Part shown: piece after piece, positions 22,697 to 33,600 of the stretch | Layout: each line of letters starts with the position of its first letter | How positions within the stretch are numbered: position 1 is the first letter of the stretch | Origin: Blastocladiella emersonii ATCC 22665 | Taxonomy: Eukaryota; Fungi; Blastocladiomycota | Direction: 5' to 3' | Length of the DNA: 64,000 nucleotides | Assembly: GCA_025594325.1 (NCBI GenBank) | Contig: JANHCV010000014.1 | Coordinates: 62,001-126,000, forward strand | Position numbers and translations under genes: made by a program | The notes under the pieces: generated by a model | The model's input: the letters and a program-made list of their open reading frames with translations, nothing else | Database searches by the model: none | Told to the model about the DNA's origin: nothing

Positions 22697-25600
22697 GTGC
22701 GTCATGCTCAACGACCCCCCCCGCACGGCGTGCCCGCGCGCTACGAGCTCGGCATCCTCCAGTTCCAGACGCAGTGCGCGTTCTCGCCGCTCGAGCGGCC
22801 CGACCTCGCGCTCGTGCCCATGTCCAACCAGCTGCCGTGAGTGTGGTTTGACAACTAGCTGCTGCTCATGCAGCGGCGCAAGATGTCGATCGTGGACCGC
22901 CGCCGCGACTACAACCTCATCGTCGCCGGCAACTGCACGCCCACGGTCCTCGTCGCGCCCGACGTGACGGTGCGCGGCAAGAGGAGCCAGGACCGCGTCT
23001 GGACCAAGAACTTGATCCGGTGGCTGCCCCTGTACACGCTCGAGACGCTGCTCGAGTACCTGCCCGACAACGACGACGGCCTCATCGGGCGCAAGTACAC
23101 GCTGCCGATGCTCCGCCGCATGGAAACCAAGGACGTGCAGCAGCTCGTCAAGGAGTTCCGCGTGCCGCTCACGGACAACGGCAACGCGCGCATGAACGCC
23201 GACGACCGCAGCGTCGCCCGGATCCTGCTCGACGTGGCGAACCGCAACCACGCCCAGATCACGGCCATCAGCCACGGCCAGGAAATGTACCCGCCCGCGC
23301 TGCCCATGGACGACGATCCGCCCACGCCCGCCGGCGCGCCGGCGCTCGTCTTCCGCCACACCCGCCCCCGCCCCGCCGCCGCGCTCGTCAATCCTGTCCG
23401 CGCCGTTGGGTTCGAGATCATGCCCACCCCGGGCAGCGTCGTCATCGCGTACACGGACGGTTCGTACTACGTGGACCGCCCGGGCCCCGAGGGCGTCGCG
23501 CGCGCGGGCTCCGCCGCCGTGTTCCCGCTGCCCGACGGCTACGACACGGCCACGCGCCACGACGCTGACTGCCGCGCGGCCGCCAACGGCGTCACGGACG
23601 ACGACGTGGGCCACATCGCCGCCGCCAAGCTGCCGCCCGGCCCGTTCTCGTCGACGCGCGCCGAGATCCACGCGTTCGTCCTCGCCGTGTCGCAGGTCGC
23701 CGCCGGGACCGCGCTGCACATCTACTCGGACTCGCAGGCCGCCATCGAGGCCGCGCGCACGCAGCTCTCGCCGACGGCGACGATGCGCCAGCGCGTCCGG
23801 TGCGCGTCGAGCGACCTGTGGTCCGCGCTCCGCCTCGCGCTGCGCGACCGCAACGTCAAGGTCACCTTCTCGTGGGTCCGCGGCCACGCCGACGACCCGA
23901 CCACGCCCAACAACATCGCCGACCGCGCCGCCAAGGCCGCGGCGAACCAGCCGCCCGCCTCGGACGCGTACTTTTCGAAACGCACGCGCACCGAGTCGGA
24001 CCTCCATCACGTCCCCGCCTTTTTCGACCACGAGATTTGCGGCGACCCGCGCAAGTTCATGCGCGACCTCGCGCAGGCCGAGTGCCGCGACGCGGTGCTC
24101 GCCGAGAACGTGGCGCACCTCGCGCTCGCGCCCGAGCCCGTACCCGTACCCGTCGCCGCCGATGCTGCAGCCGCCGCTGTAGCAGCCGCGAACGCCGCCG
24201 CCGCCCAGGCCGAGGAGCTCGACTGGGAGGCGACCGCGCTCGCGCTCCACGGCGGGTCGCGCCCGCTCGCGCGCCGTACCTCGCGCGACCAGAACAAGGA
24301 GACGTCCTTCCGCCTGCGCGCGCTCGCCAACAAGCTGCCGTGCCGCGAGTCGCTGCACTCGGTCGGCCGCATCGCCGTGCCCAACTGCGGCAGGGCCGAG
24401 TGCATCGCGAGCGAGGACCTCGAGACCCGCTGCCGCACGTGCCGCGAAGCGCTCGACATGGCGCCCCGCTGCTCGTGCCGCCAGGTGGACACGCCGTTCC
24501 ACTGGTTCCAGTGCCAGCTCATGGACGGCAAGCGCGTCGAGACGCTCGACCAGATCACCAAGTCGTGGCTCGGCCAGCTCACGTCCGTCGGCGCGGCCAA
24601 GCTCGACGCCGCCCTGAACCCCGCCGCCGGCGTGCTGATCGACGCGCTGCTCGGCCCCGACCTGCTGCACCTGCAGCGCCTCGACCTCGGCGAGCTGCGC
24701 GCCGACCGCGCCGCGATGCTCGCCGCTCGCGTAGCGGCGATCCCCAGCTGGGTGGCCTCGCGCCACGCGGCAGTAGCGGCCGGCCTGCCGATCCCTGGCG
24801 AGGACGCGCTGCCGCCCGCTACCACGCACATCCCCGCCGCCGCCGCGGCCCGCCTGTCCGCCTGCGCCATCACGCGCGGCGCGGTGCATGCGTGTCGCGA
24901 GTTCCTGGGCAGCCCGGCCGCCGCCGCCGCCGCGACCGCGCTCCACCCGCTCCCGTCCCCTCGCCGCCTCGCCGCTCAGCTGTACGACGCCGCCGCGTCG
25001 CTGCTGCGCTCGTGCATGTGGGTGCCGTACGTCGGGCTCCAGACCATTGCCCGGGTCCAGACGCCGCACCGCAACGCTCGGTACCGCCGCCGCCGTACCG
25101 AACGAGTGCGCCCGCTCGCGCCGACGCGCCAGTGCCGCCGCGGTGAGGCCCGCGACCAGCCGCAGGGCCAGGCCCGCGCCGAGACCCGCCAGCAGCGGCG
25201 CCGGCCGCGCCCGCAGCAGCCCCAGCTGCAGCCGCAGCTGGGCAACGCCGGCGACGGGGACGAGGACGAGGACAAGAACGAGGACGAGGACGAAGACGAC
25301 GACACCCGCCGCCAGCGGTGCCAGACGTGCGCGCGGCAGCCCGCCCGTCACAACCAAGACCGATCCCGCATGATCTCCCTGATCCACGGGGCGGTCCTGC
25401 GCAAGACCATCAACGGCCCAATTGCGCAAGACGACGCGTCGGAAACTACTATCGAATCAAGTCGGGTGGACCTCTGAAGTTCTTCATGTCAGCCCGCCGA
25501 GGGGGCCCCCACGCTCGCCTGATCGCTGAGCTCGCCCGGCGCGACGTCGGCGACGACTCACTGCGGCTCCGCCGCGGCTGAGCCACCCGCCGCCGCCGCG

Positions 25601-25734
25601 TCGCGTGGGCCTGGCGCGCAGGAGAGTGCCCCTCGACGGTCAAGGTCGCTCGTACGCGTCTCCAGCGCGTGTGTCCGCATACTGTTGTCCCTCCTTCACG
25701 GTTCGATGAGCTTCTTACATATAATCTTGTTCTT
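22697..25734 (+). mobile_element. 5'-truncated non-LTR retrotransposon (RNase H plus CCHC zinc knuckle, no RT/APE) inserted in the tRNA-Ser 5' end
   Basis: ORF 22868-25477 has RNase HI motifs AYTDGS, STRAEI, IYSDSQAAI, SWVRGH, NIADRAAK, then FRLRALANKLP and CSCRQVDTPFHWFQC. The same frame extends 5' to about 22712 through two stops. Bounded by a 17-bp direct repeat. Confidence 0.85.
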
Positions 25735-25751
25735 TCGGACACGCCACCGCT
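25735..25751. repeat. Target-site duplication, right copy (tRNA-Ser nt 1-14 plus 3 upstream nt)
   Basis: TCGGACACGCCACCGCT; its reverse complement AGC-GGTGGCGTGTCCGA equals the tRNA 5' end. Confidence 0.93.
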
Positions 25752-26826
25752 CTTGATTTCTCATACTTACTATGCGCTGCCGTTCAATAAATCATCTTGT
25801 GACACTCATTTGATGCCTCACCGTACCTTTTGGGCCGATCGTCGGGTGGAGAGCGCGAATCGTGCGGCCTCGGATCGCCATGGCCACTGATAATCCAGCG
25901 TGCTTCCACGCGTGGTTTCAGTCGAGCTGGTTGGCCCCCTTGCGCTGCTCCTCTGCCCATTGAGCATGTCTGGGGCGTGACGTTTGTGAAGAGTTCATTT
26001 CCGTGCCCGAACTGCAAGCGTCGTGCGGTTATGAGCCACGACGGCGCGACAACCAGAAGTTAGTTGCAGCGAGCCGCACAAACTACCTCTCCTCCTTCAC
26101 ACAATGTCTCTCAGCCTGTCTAAGGGCGGGACACACAGCTTTTACCTAATAACACGTCTTTTTTTCCAGTCGCATTCGACGGATAGGTTTCCCCTCGCGG
26201 CAGCGACAGTGGAGGCAAGGCAGTCCTGCCTCGCAGCGGTCACGTGTTTTGAACGACGCGTCCCCTCCCTTCACGTCCCAAGTTCCACGACCGCACACTC
26301 GATGCAGAATCATTTAGAAATCACACATCGAGTGGTGTGGCGCTATTAGCGCGGTTAATTCCTGCCACGCACCACGATCATCCCGCGCATGGCTCCGTAG
26401 GTGTTGGGCGAGATTTTGGCCGACGGCAACGTACGCGATATGCTATTAATCATATGTAGAAGCCTGTCAACTGCCGTCTCTTCTTGATAGAAGTCAGCCC
26501 TCGGAATTACGGAAGAAATCGTCGGTTACCGTTGCCTTTACTGTTCCAATCCTGGACAAGAGCCATCGGGTCATTCGGATTGGCAGTGAGAGAGTGACAG
26601 TAACGTACTTGACAAACAGTAGAGCGTTCAACTTTACTGATAACCACACGCAGTCATAGTTTTTACCGTTCAAGGGTAGCGAAGTGCCGGACAGCAGCTG
26701 TTCAGGCGCGAGATAAATATGCGGCCTCCCCGCTGCCGTCGCCGAGATCCTCAGCAGTCTCGACTACAAAAGCTCATCCTACCCACTACTCACCTACCCA
26801 CCACTTACCACCACCCACCACCTACC

Positions 26827-28766
26827 ATGACTGTCTATTCGGCAAACCACACGACCGACTCGACCGCCCTTGTGCTCGGCGAAACCCAGCAGGGCAAAAC
26901 GACACTGCTCAACTTTCTTCTGGACGCCGCGGGTGCGAGCGCCGGGGATTTCGCCAAGATCGGTAACGGAACCAGCTCCTGCACCAAGGAGTGCACCACT
27001 TACTCGTGCCAGCCGTCCAACTTCTCGTATGGGTTACGCCCGCGCTCTACTGGCTCAAACTTGGACTTGGACTTGGAATTGGAGCTGGACGATCGCAGCG
27101 ACGACGCGACCGCCGACCTCCTGGACGAGGAGACGGTCGCATTCGGCGAGGAGCTCGAAAAGTTCCTCCAGCGCAGAGTACCCACGCTCGCAAACAAGCT
27201 GACCGAGATGGTGGGAAAGTTCACGCGCGGTTCCGGACGCTACCAATCAGTCGAGGACATCACTCGCAAGCTTACGGAAAACTTCTTCACGACCAAGCAC
27301 ACGCTCTACAAGCTCGCCAAGCTGCGCACTCTGGCGTGCCACCGCCCCCAGAACCTCACTATCATTGAGTCGCCGGGCTACAACGACTCGAATGGCGACG
27401 TCTCGCCGGGTATCGACTTGTACCACCTTGCCGGCGTCATGAAGCACGTCCTCGATCATGGGCCTCTCAACGCCATTATCTACGTCATCAAGTGCACGCA
27501 GCCGTTCAACGCGCCGACCAAGGCCAGCATCGAGCTGTGCTTGGACAACCTGACGCAGTTTTGCTCCCGCCTGATCGTCGTGCACTCGGCATACAACCCC
27601 GTCGAGGCGCTCCAGTCCGGCAAGGACCTGGGTGACATCAGCGAGCGCATCGCCGCGTTCGAGGAGGTGTTCAAGGACAAGCCGTACGCCCAGCGCCTGC
27701 ACGTCACCCACCTTCCCATGGCCAACGTCATCTACAAGACGTCGAGCTCGGTCGTTGTGGATGCTTTCAGCTACGAGCAGCGCGAAACTCTTCTCCGCCA
27801 GCTCGCTGACGCGGCCGCGCACACGACGACGATGCCAAAGGTGGTGAGTCTGAAGAAGCCCAATGCACTCAACGCCCTCGATCTGGTACGCTCTTGATCC
27901 CTGCCCTTGTTTCCCCACACACGTCACAGGCTCCCTGACTGACCCCCACCTTGTTCGCTGTCAATTCATTGCAGAAAATTGGGAGCCTGCTCGAAACCGC
28001 TGTTACCGAGAGCCTCGCAACGGTCGATGCTGCCAAGGACGCTAAAACCGCCGAGGTGATCATCAACCTGACCGGCCAGATTGCGCGTGCCGGCGCCAAG
28101 GCCAAACACTTGCGCGCCGACGCCACTGCCCTTGAAACCGACGACGAGATCAAGTTCAGCGAGCAGCCCTTCTCCTTCGGCGGAAAGTTTGCCCCGGCGA
28201 CGTTCAAGCACATCGCCAAGTTCGAGGATACCAAGTTCACCCTGGTCCGGCTCGCGTCCACCATGGCCAACGGATACGAGTTCAAGAGCACGATCGAGGG
28301 CCCGCGTTCGGGCCACATTGAGTTTTGGTCGCGCTTCTGGGCCCCGCTCCGGGGTACGGCATTGGCGTACACCGTTTGCCGCGAGTTCTACGCCGCCAAG
28401 ATCAAGAAGCTGCGCATCGAGGCCGCCAAGGCCGATGTCGACGCAGAGAACTTGGTCAAGGTGCTGCGGCTCCTCAAGGCAAAGTACTCGCAGGAGGAGG
28501 ACGCAATCACGCTGCACGAGCGCAAGAGCCAGCTCGCGCAGTTTGCGCTGCGGTTCACCACGGACCACACCATGCCCTTTGACCTGTTCCTGCGCCTCAC
28601 GCACCAGCTCGACGCCGGGACCCCGTACGACAAGACGCCCCTCGCTCGGTTTGCCAAGAGCGTTGTTCGCGACCGGGAGGCGCCGGCCGATGCCGACGCA
28701 GAGGAGGTCCTCGACGCCTACCTCGAGTGCGCTGAGCAGCTGATGTTTGCTGATGATTCCGCTTGA
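26827..28766 (+). CDS. TRAFAC-class (AIG1/septin-like) P-loop GTPase with helical C-terminal domain, 2 exons
   Basis: G1 LVLGETQQGKTTLLNFL, G2 IGNGTSSCT, G3 variant LTIIESPGYND, then LNAIIYVIK. Phase-0 intron 27886-27974 (GTACGC..CAG). Confidence 0.8.
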
Positions 28767-29091
28767 TTCAATTGCCTTGGCTGGCTGCGACGTGTCTTGG
28801 TTGTAATAATAATACATCATGAAATTTATCCTTGATTGTTGCAGTACGACCTTTTCCCAACTATGAGCTGGACGAGTGCGAAGAACAACCGCGCGAAAAG
28901 TGCGCTGCGAGACGCGACGAACAAACACGTGAGCAAGCGAGACACTTCTATTGTTCAGGCGGCCCCGACCGAGTCACTGCCGCCCTCGGCACTAGGTGCT
29001 CCGCCCACCCTCGTCTCTTCATGCAATGTGATGCTAGCGCTCTATGCAATCTCATGAACCTGCCCTCTTGAACACTACCACGCAACGCACC

Positions 29092-30630
29092 ATGACGGAC
29101 CAACGCCAGCACCCGTACCACCACCCAGCCTTCAACCACGCCCACCACATCCGCCAGCGGTCGCTCGGCGCCCTCGGCGCCCTCGGCCGGCTCGGCAGTG
29201 CCAGCCCGATCCTCGCCTTTGCCCGCCACCGCCACGACCGCGTCATGCAGGCGCTCGCCCTCTCGCGCCATGAGTTCTTTGCCGCGTGGCACCGCGGCCC
29301 TTGCACCTCGCTCGCGCTCGATCCGCTCGACGACCGCTTCCTGATCTCCACGGGTCTCGACTGCTCGATCGCGCTATGGGACACGCGAGCGCCTGTCGAC
29401 GATCTCGGCGCGCGTAGGACTTCGGGCAGGCTCAAGCCGATTGCTTCTTCTGCGAGGTACGTTGCATGATGCTCTCGTCTATCGAGGGCATGCTGACCGA
29501 TCTAGGTAGCCAGGACGGGCACAAGAGCGGCGTCACGACAGCCGCATGGTATTCCGTTGACGCAGGGCTCCTTGTCTCCGGATCGGCCGACGCGGCTGTC
29601 ATTGTGTGGGACGCGAGCACAGTCACAGTATGTCCCTCTCCCTCCCTCGTAGCTCGCATGATCGCGCTCACGCAATCAACACGACCGTGTAGCCAGCCGC
29701 CCGCTTCGAGATCGGCGAGCGTGTGCACCACGTCGACCTGTCGCCCGACGCCCTAATCGCCGTCGGGTCCGAGGAGAGCCACGTCCGGCTGTGCGATATC
29801 CGCACGGGTTCCTCGGTCCAGTCGCTGCGCGGGCACAAGGCGGGCGTCAAGGCCGTGCAGTGGATGCCGCACAAGGACCACCACCTGGTTTCTGGCGGGT
29901 ACGTAGCCGTGGCTGTCGATCCGCTTTTGCTCACGCTCGTTTCCATGAACGTAGCGTCGACGGCACGATCCGGCTGTGGGACGTGCGGCAGGGTCGCGCC
30001 GAGCTGGGCGTGCTCGAGACCGGGCCCGCGCAGGTGATTGGGGTAACGCCCTCGGCCGACGGCGCGTACGTCGTCGCCATGACGTCGACTGGCCGCACCC
30101 AGGTCTGGGTAGTCGAGGCGCGCGAGCTGGTACGAGTTCTCGGTTTGCCTTGCCGAGATCTCTCACTGACTCTTCGATAGGTCGCCGGGATCCAAACCGC
30201 GCACCGCGCGATCCGCACGACTCAACCCGTGCTCACGACGCCTTCCGTGACGCACCCAGGCGTCCCGGGCTACTTTATCCCGAGCGGCGACGCAATCCTG
30301 TCCGTGGACCTACTCGAAACCGAACCCCCAACGCACGACGGTCCGCCGCCGACCCCGCGTGCGCGGTACCTCGCCCGGCTACTCTCCCCGTGCGCTGCGC
30401 TGGCGTGGAGTGCGCGGCGCGGCGTGCTGTTCTCGAGCTGTGAGGACGGCGCCATCGTGTGCTGGGACACGCGGTCGGCGGCGGCCGCGCGGCAGCGGAA
30501 GCGTGGTGCGCCGGGGGATGATGGGGATAACATCGTCGTTCCGCGCGCGTACCGCGCGAGCGCTGAGGCGGAGGAGCCAACGAGGGTGCGGCAGCGGAGG
30601 GATAACTGGAGCGACGACGAGGATGACTAG
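29092..30630 (+). CDS. ERCC8: WD40 DNA excision repair protein CSA/ERCC8/Rad28, multi-exon
   Basis: HRGPCTSLALDPLDDRFLISTGLDCSIALWD, GHKSGVTTAAWYSVDAGLLVSGSAD, VRLCDIRTGSSVQSLRGH, DGTIRLWDVR; several short GT-AG introns. Confidence 0.85.
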
Positions 30631-30636
30631 AATGTA

Positions 30637-33600
30637 TTATTCTGCAACGGCTGGAGTGCGTGGGACAATGATACTGGACCGGCGCGACGGGCGGTGCGCC
30701 ATGGCGGGCGACGGGAGGGCGAGTCCGCTCATAGGCCGCGACGACTCGTCCGCGCTCCCGCCGCGGCCGCTGGACGAGGGCGAGGACGTGAAGCTGTCGC
30801 GGCGCGCGAGCGAGAAATTCGATCCGCGCACCGAGCTGTTGCGGCGCGACGCCCCCGCAGACCCAGGCGCCGAGCCGTTGACGCCCAGCAGGCCGGGCGA
30901 GTCGGGCGCCGCCACGGCGGTGCTCCCGCGGCGCGACCACATCCCGCTGGACCGGCGCGAGCTGGGCCCGTTGGGTCCGCTGCCGACCGAGTCGAGCGAG
31001 CCCGCGACGGACGCAGACGCAGCTGCGGCGGCGGGGGCGGCCTGGCGCAGCGTGTTGGGTGCGACGACGAGGAGACTCTGCCGGCGGCGGGAGATGAGCG
31101 ACGACGACATGCCGTCGACGACCGCGTCGTTGTACAGGTCGGCCATGTGCACGCCGAGGTTGATGACGGGCGCGCCGTCCTCGTCGAGCTCGCGCACCGC
31201 GTCCACGTCGACCTCCTCGTCCTCGTCGCCGTCGACGCTGCCCGCACCGCGTGACGCAGGGCGCCCGATAAACGACGCGGCGCCGAACATGTGCGCGGGC
31301 GACGGCGCAGCGGACGCGGCGCGTGACTCGTGCAGTGTGGCCATAGACGACGCGAGTGACCGGACCGCAGGCGTAGGCGAAAGCGAGAGCGTCGAGAGCC
31401 CAGACTCGCTTGGCCGGCGGCGCACGGGGACCTTGATCCCGCGCCGGTCGAGCGCGGCGAGCTGGCGGAGCACGTTGGCGCGGGTCCCAAGCTGCTTGAC
31501 GCGTTTCGTGAGGACGGCCGTCTGCGCGTCCTCGCCGTTGCCGGCCTCGGCGAGGGCGAGCACCGTCTCGAGGTCGCCAACGGCGCGGCCCGCGAGCCCG
31601 CGGCGCACCGCGCGGTGCAGGGCGTGTTTCGCGTCGGCCGTGACGACGGCCGCGACCTCGGACTCGGCGCTCGCGGCGCCCGGGATCGCGAGCGACGCGA
31701 CGTGCACGCCGAGCGAGACCAGCGCGCGCTCGGTGTGCACGCGCAGCCCGCGGTCCTCGGGGTACGTCGACGTGAACCATTTCGCCAAAACGCTGCGCAC
31801 GCGGTCGGCGAGCGCGGCGAGGGCGAGGGCCGCGGTCCCCGTGGCGCCCGCCGCGGCGTGCAGCGGGGTCGCGGTGCCCGACGTGTGCAGCGCGGACTCG
31901 CTCCCGCCGGAGAGGTTGTTGGCGCTCGTCGCTGACAGAAGCATCCCGCTGCCCCGCACACTGCTCCCGCCGTCGCTGCCGCCGCTCTTCTTGGGCACGA
32001 GCGGGCGCGGCGTCGGGCTGAGCATCCTCCCCGCCGAGTTCGAGCCCGCCGCATTGTCGCCCTGGGCCGATCCGCGGCGGGACGTGACCTGGTGCGTGCT
32101 CCCGACGCGGTCGGCGGGAGTAGCGGGGACGGGCACGTCGGCGCGCATGGTGGTCGAGTGCGGTGCGCCGGCAAACGACTGGACGTGGTCCTCGCAGTGC
32201 GCGAGCAGCTTGACGAGCGAGTAGCACCCCTGCTCCTTGACCTCGGACACGAGCTCGTGCTCGAGGAACCCTAGCAGCGACGCCAGGATGTCGAAGGCGA
32301 CCTTGGGGCCCGTCGCGACGCGCGAGATGGCTACACGTTCGAGGCCCGTGTCAGTGACGTTTGGGCGAACTTGCAAGAGCCGAAGTGAGCATACCCTTGA
32401 CCGCGTGCGCGCGAACCGTCGGCTCCGAATCCGACAACCGGTTGAGGAGTTCCTTGAGCAGCTGCGAATGGCAAAGCGCCAGCGCAGCCGCGGTGCGACA
32501 CGCCTCGAGTCGGATCGAGAGGTAGTCGTCGCGGAACGCGTCGAGGTACGGGTCCCACGCGTCCTCGGTGACGATGCGCACAAGGGTCAGTACGCGGAGG
32601 GCGTTGCGCCGCGACAGCACGTCGGGCGCCTGCAGCATGGTCGCCACCTCGCGCAGGACGAGCGGGAGGAGGTCCAGGTCGCCGACCACGCGGCTGCACG
32701 CGTCGCGCAGCGGGAGGTGCCAGTCACCCAGCATCATGCTCACGACGCGACGCAGGCCGTCGTGAAGCACCTGGGCCTCGGGCGAGAGCGGCGCGGCCGG
32801 GAGGAGCGTCGACCGCCGGCCACGGTGGTGGTGGTGGTGCGACGAGGAAGAGTTGTCGAGATCCGCGTCGTTGCTCGCTTCCACGTCGTCCCAGCTGCCG
32901 GCGCGGCTGGTCGGCGAGCTGAGACTCCCGCCGCGGCCGCCGCCCTGCCCGCTCGCGACCGCGTCGTACTTGTCGCCGCCGTCTGCGACCACGACGTGCG
33001 GCTCGCCGACGAGCTGCGCGGCCCACGCGTCGGGGTACCCCGCGCGCCACGTTGCCGCGACGGCCGCGAGGACGTGCACGGCGTCGGACCGGACCGCGAC
33101 GTTCGAGTGGTCGAGGAGCGGGAGGAGCGCTCTTGCGACGGTCGCGACCTCGTTGGGGGCGACCGACATGAGCCCGTCGACAGCCGCCGCGCGTGCGCGG
33201 GCGTCCACGTCGCCGAGCTGGCGGCACAGGAACGCGATGACGCGGTGGTCGGCGACGTGGCCGAGGCGGAACAGGGCGGCGGCGGCGAGCCGCTGGTCGG
33301 GGAGCGATCCGGACTCGACCATGCCCATGAACTCGCGGACGCACGGCGCGACGAGCGGGGCGGGGAGCTGGCCGCGCGACGTGATCCACGCGAGCCGCGC
33401 GGCCGCGTGCCCGACGCCCGCGAAGCCCGTCGACAGGGCGAGCTGCAGCGTGCGCTGGATGGCCTCAGGGAGCGTGCCCGGCTTGGTGCCGGGTGGGAGC
33501 GAGGTCGGCAGCGTCGTGAGCTCGAGCGTCTCGACAACCACCGCAAGCTCGTCGAGCGGGAGCTCGGATTTGGCGAACTCGGCGAACACGCCGGCGCGGA

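Noticed and set aside
22837-22873. Intron (GTGAGT...CAG) at the 5' end of the RNase H ORF
   Set aside because: Splicing at either acceptor breaks the coding-like frame, while the unspliced sequence is in frame with two point-mutation stops.
22544-25429. 961-aa antisense ORF, and similar long ORFs such as 2983-4470, 11748-13358, 30275-32227, 32237-34486 and 49587-50900
   Set aside because: Shadow ORFs produced by extreme GC3 bias opposite or overlapping real genes; Arg/Gly/Ala-rich with no motifs.
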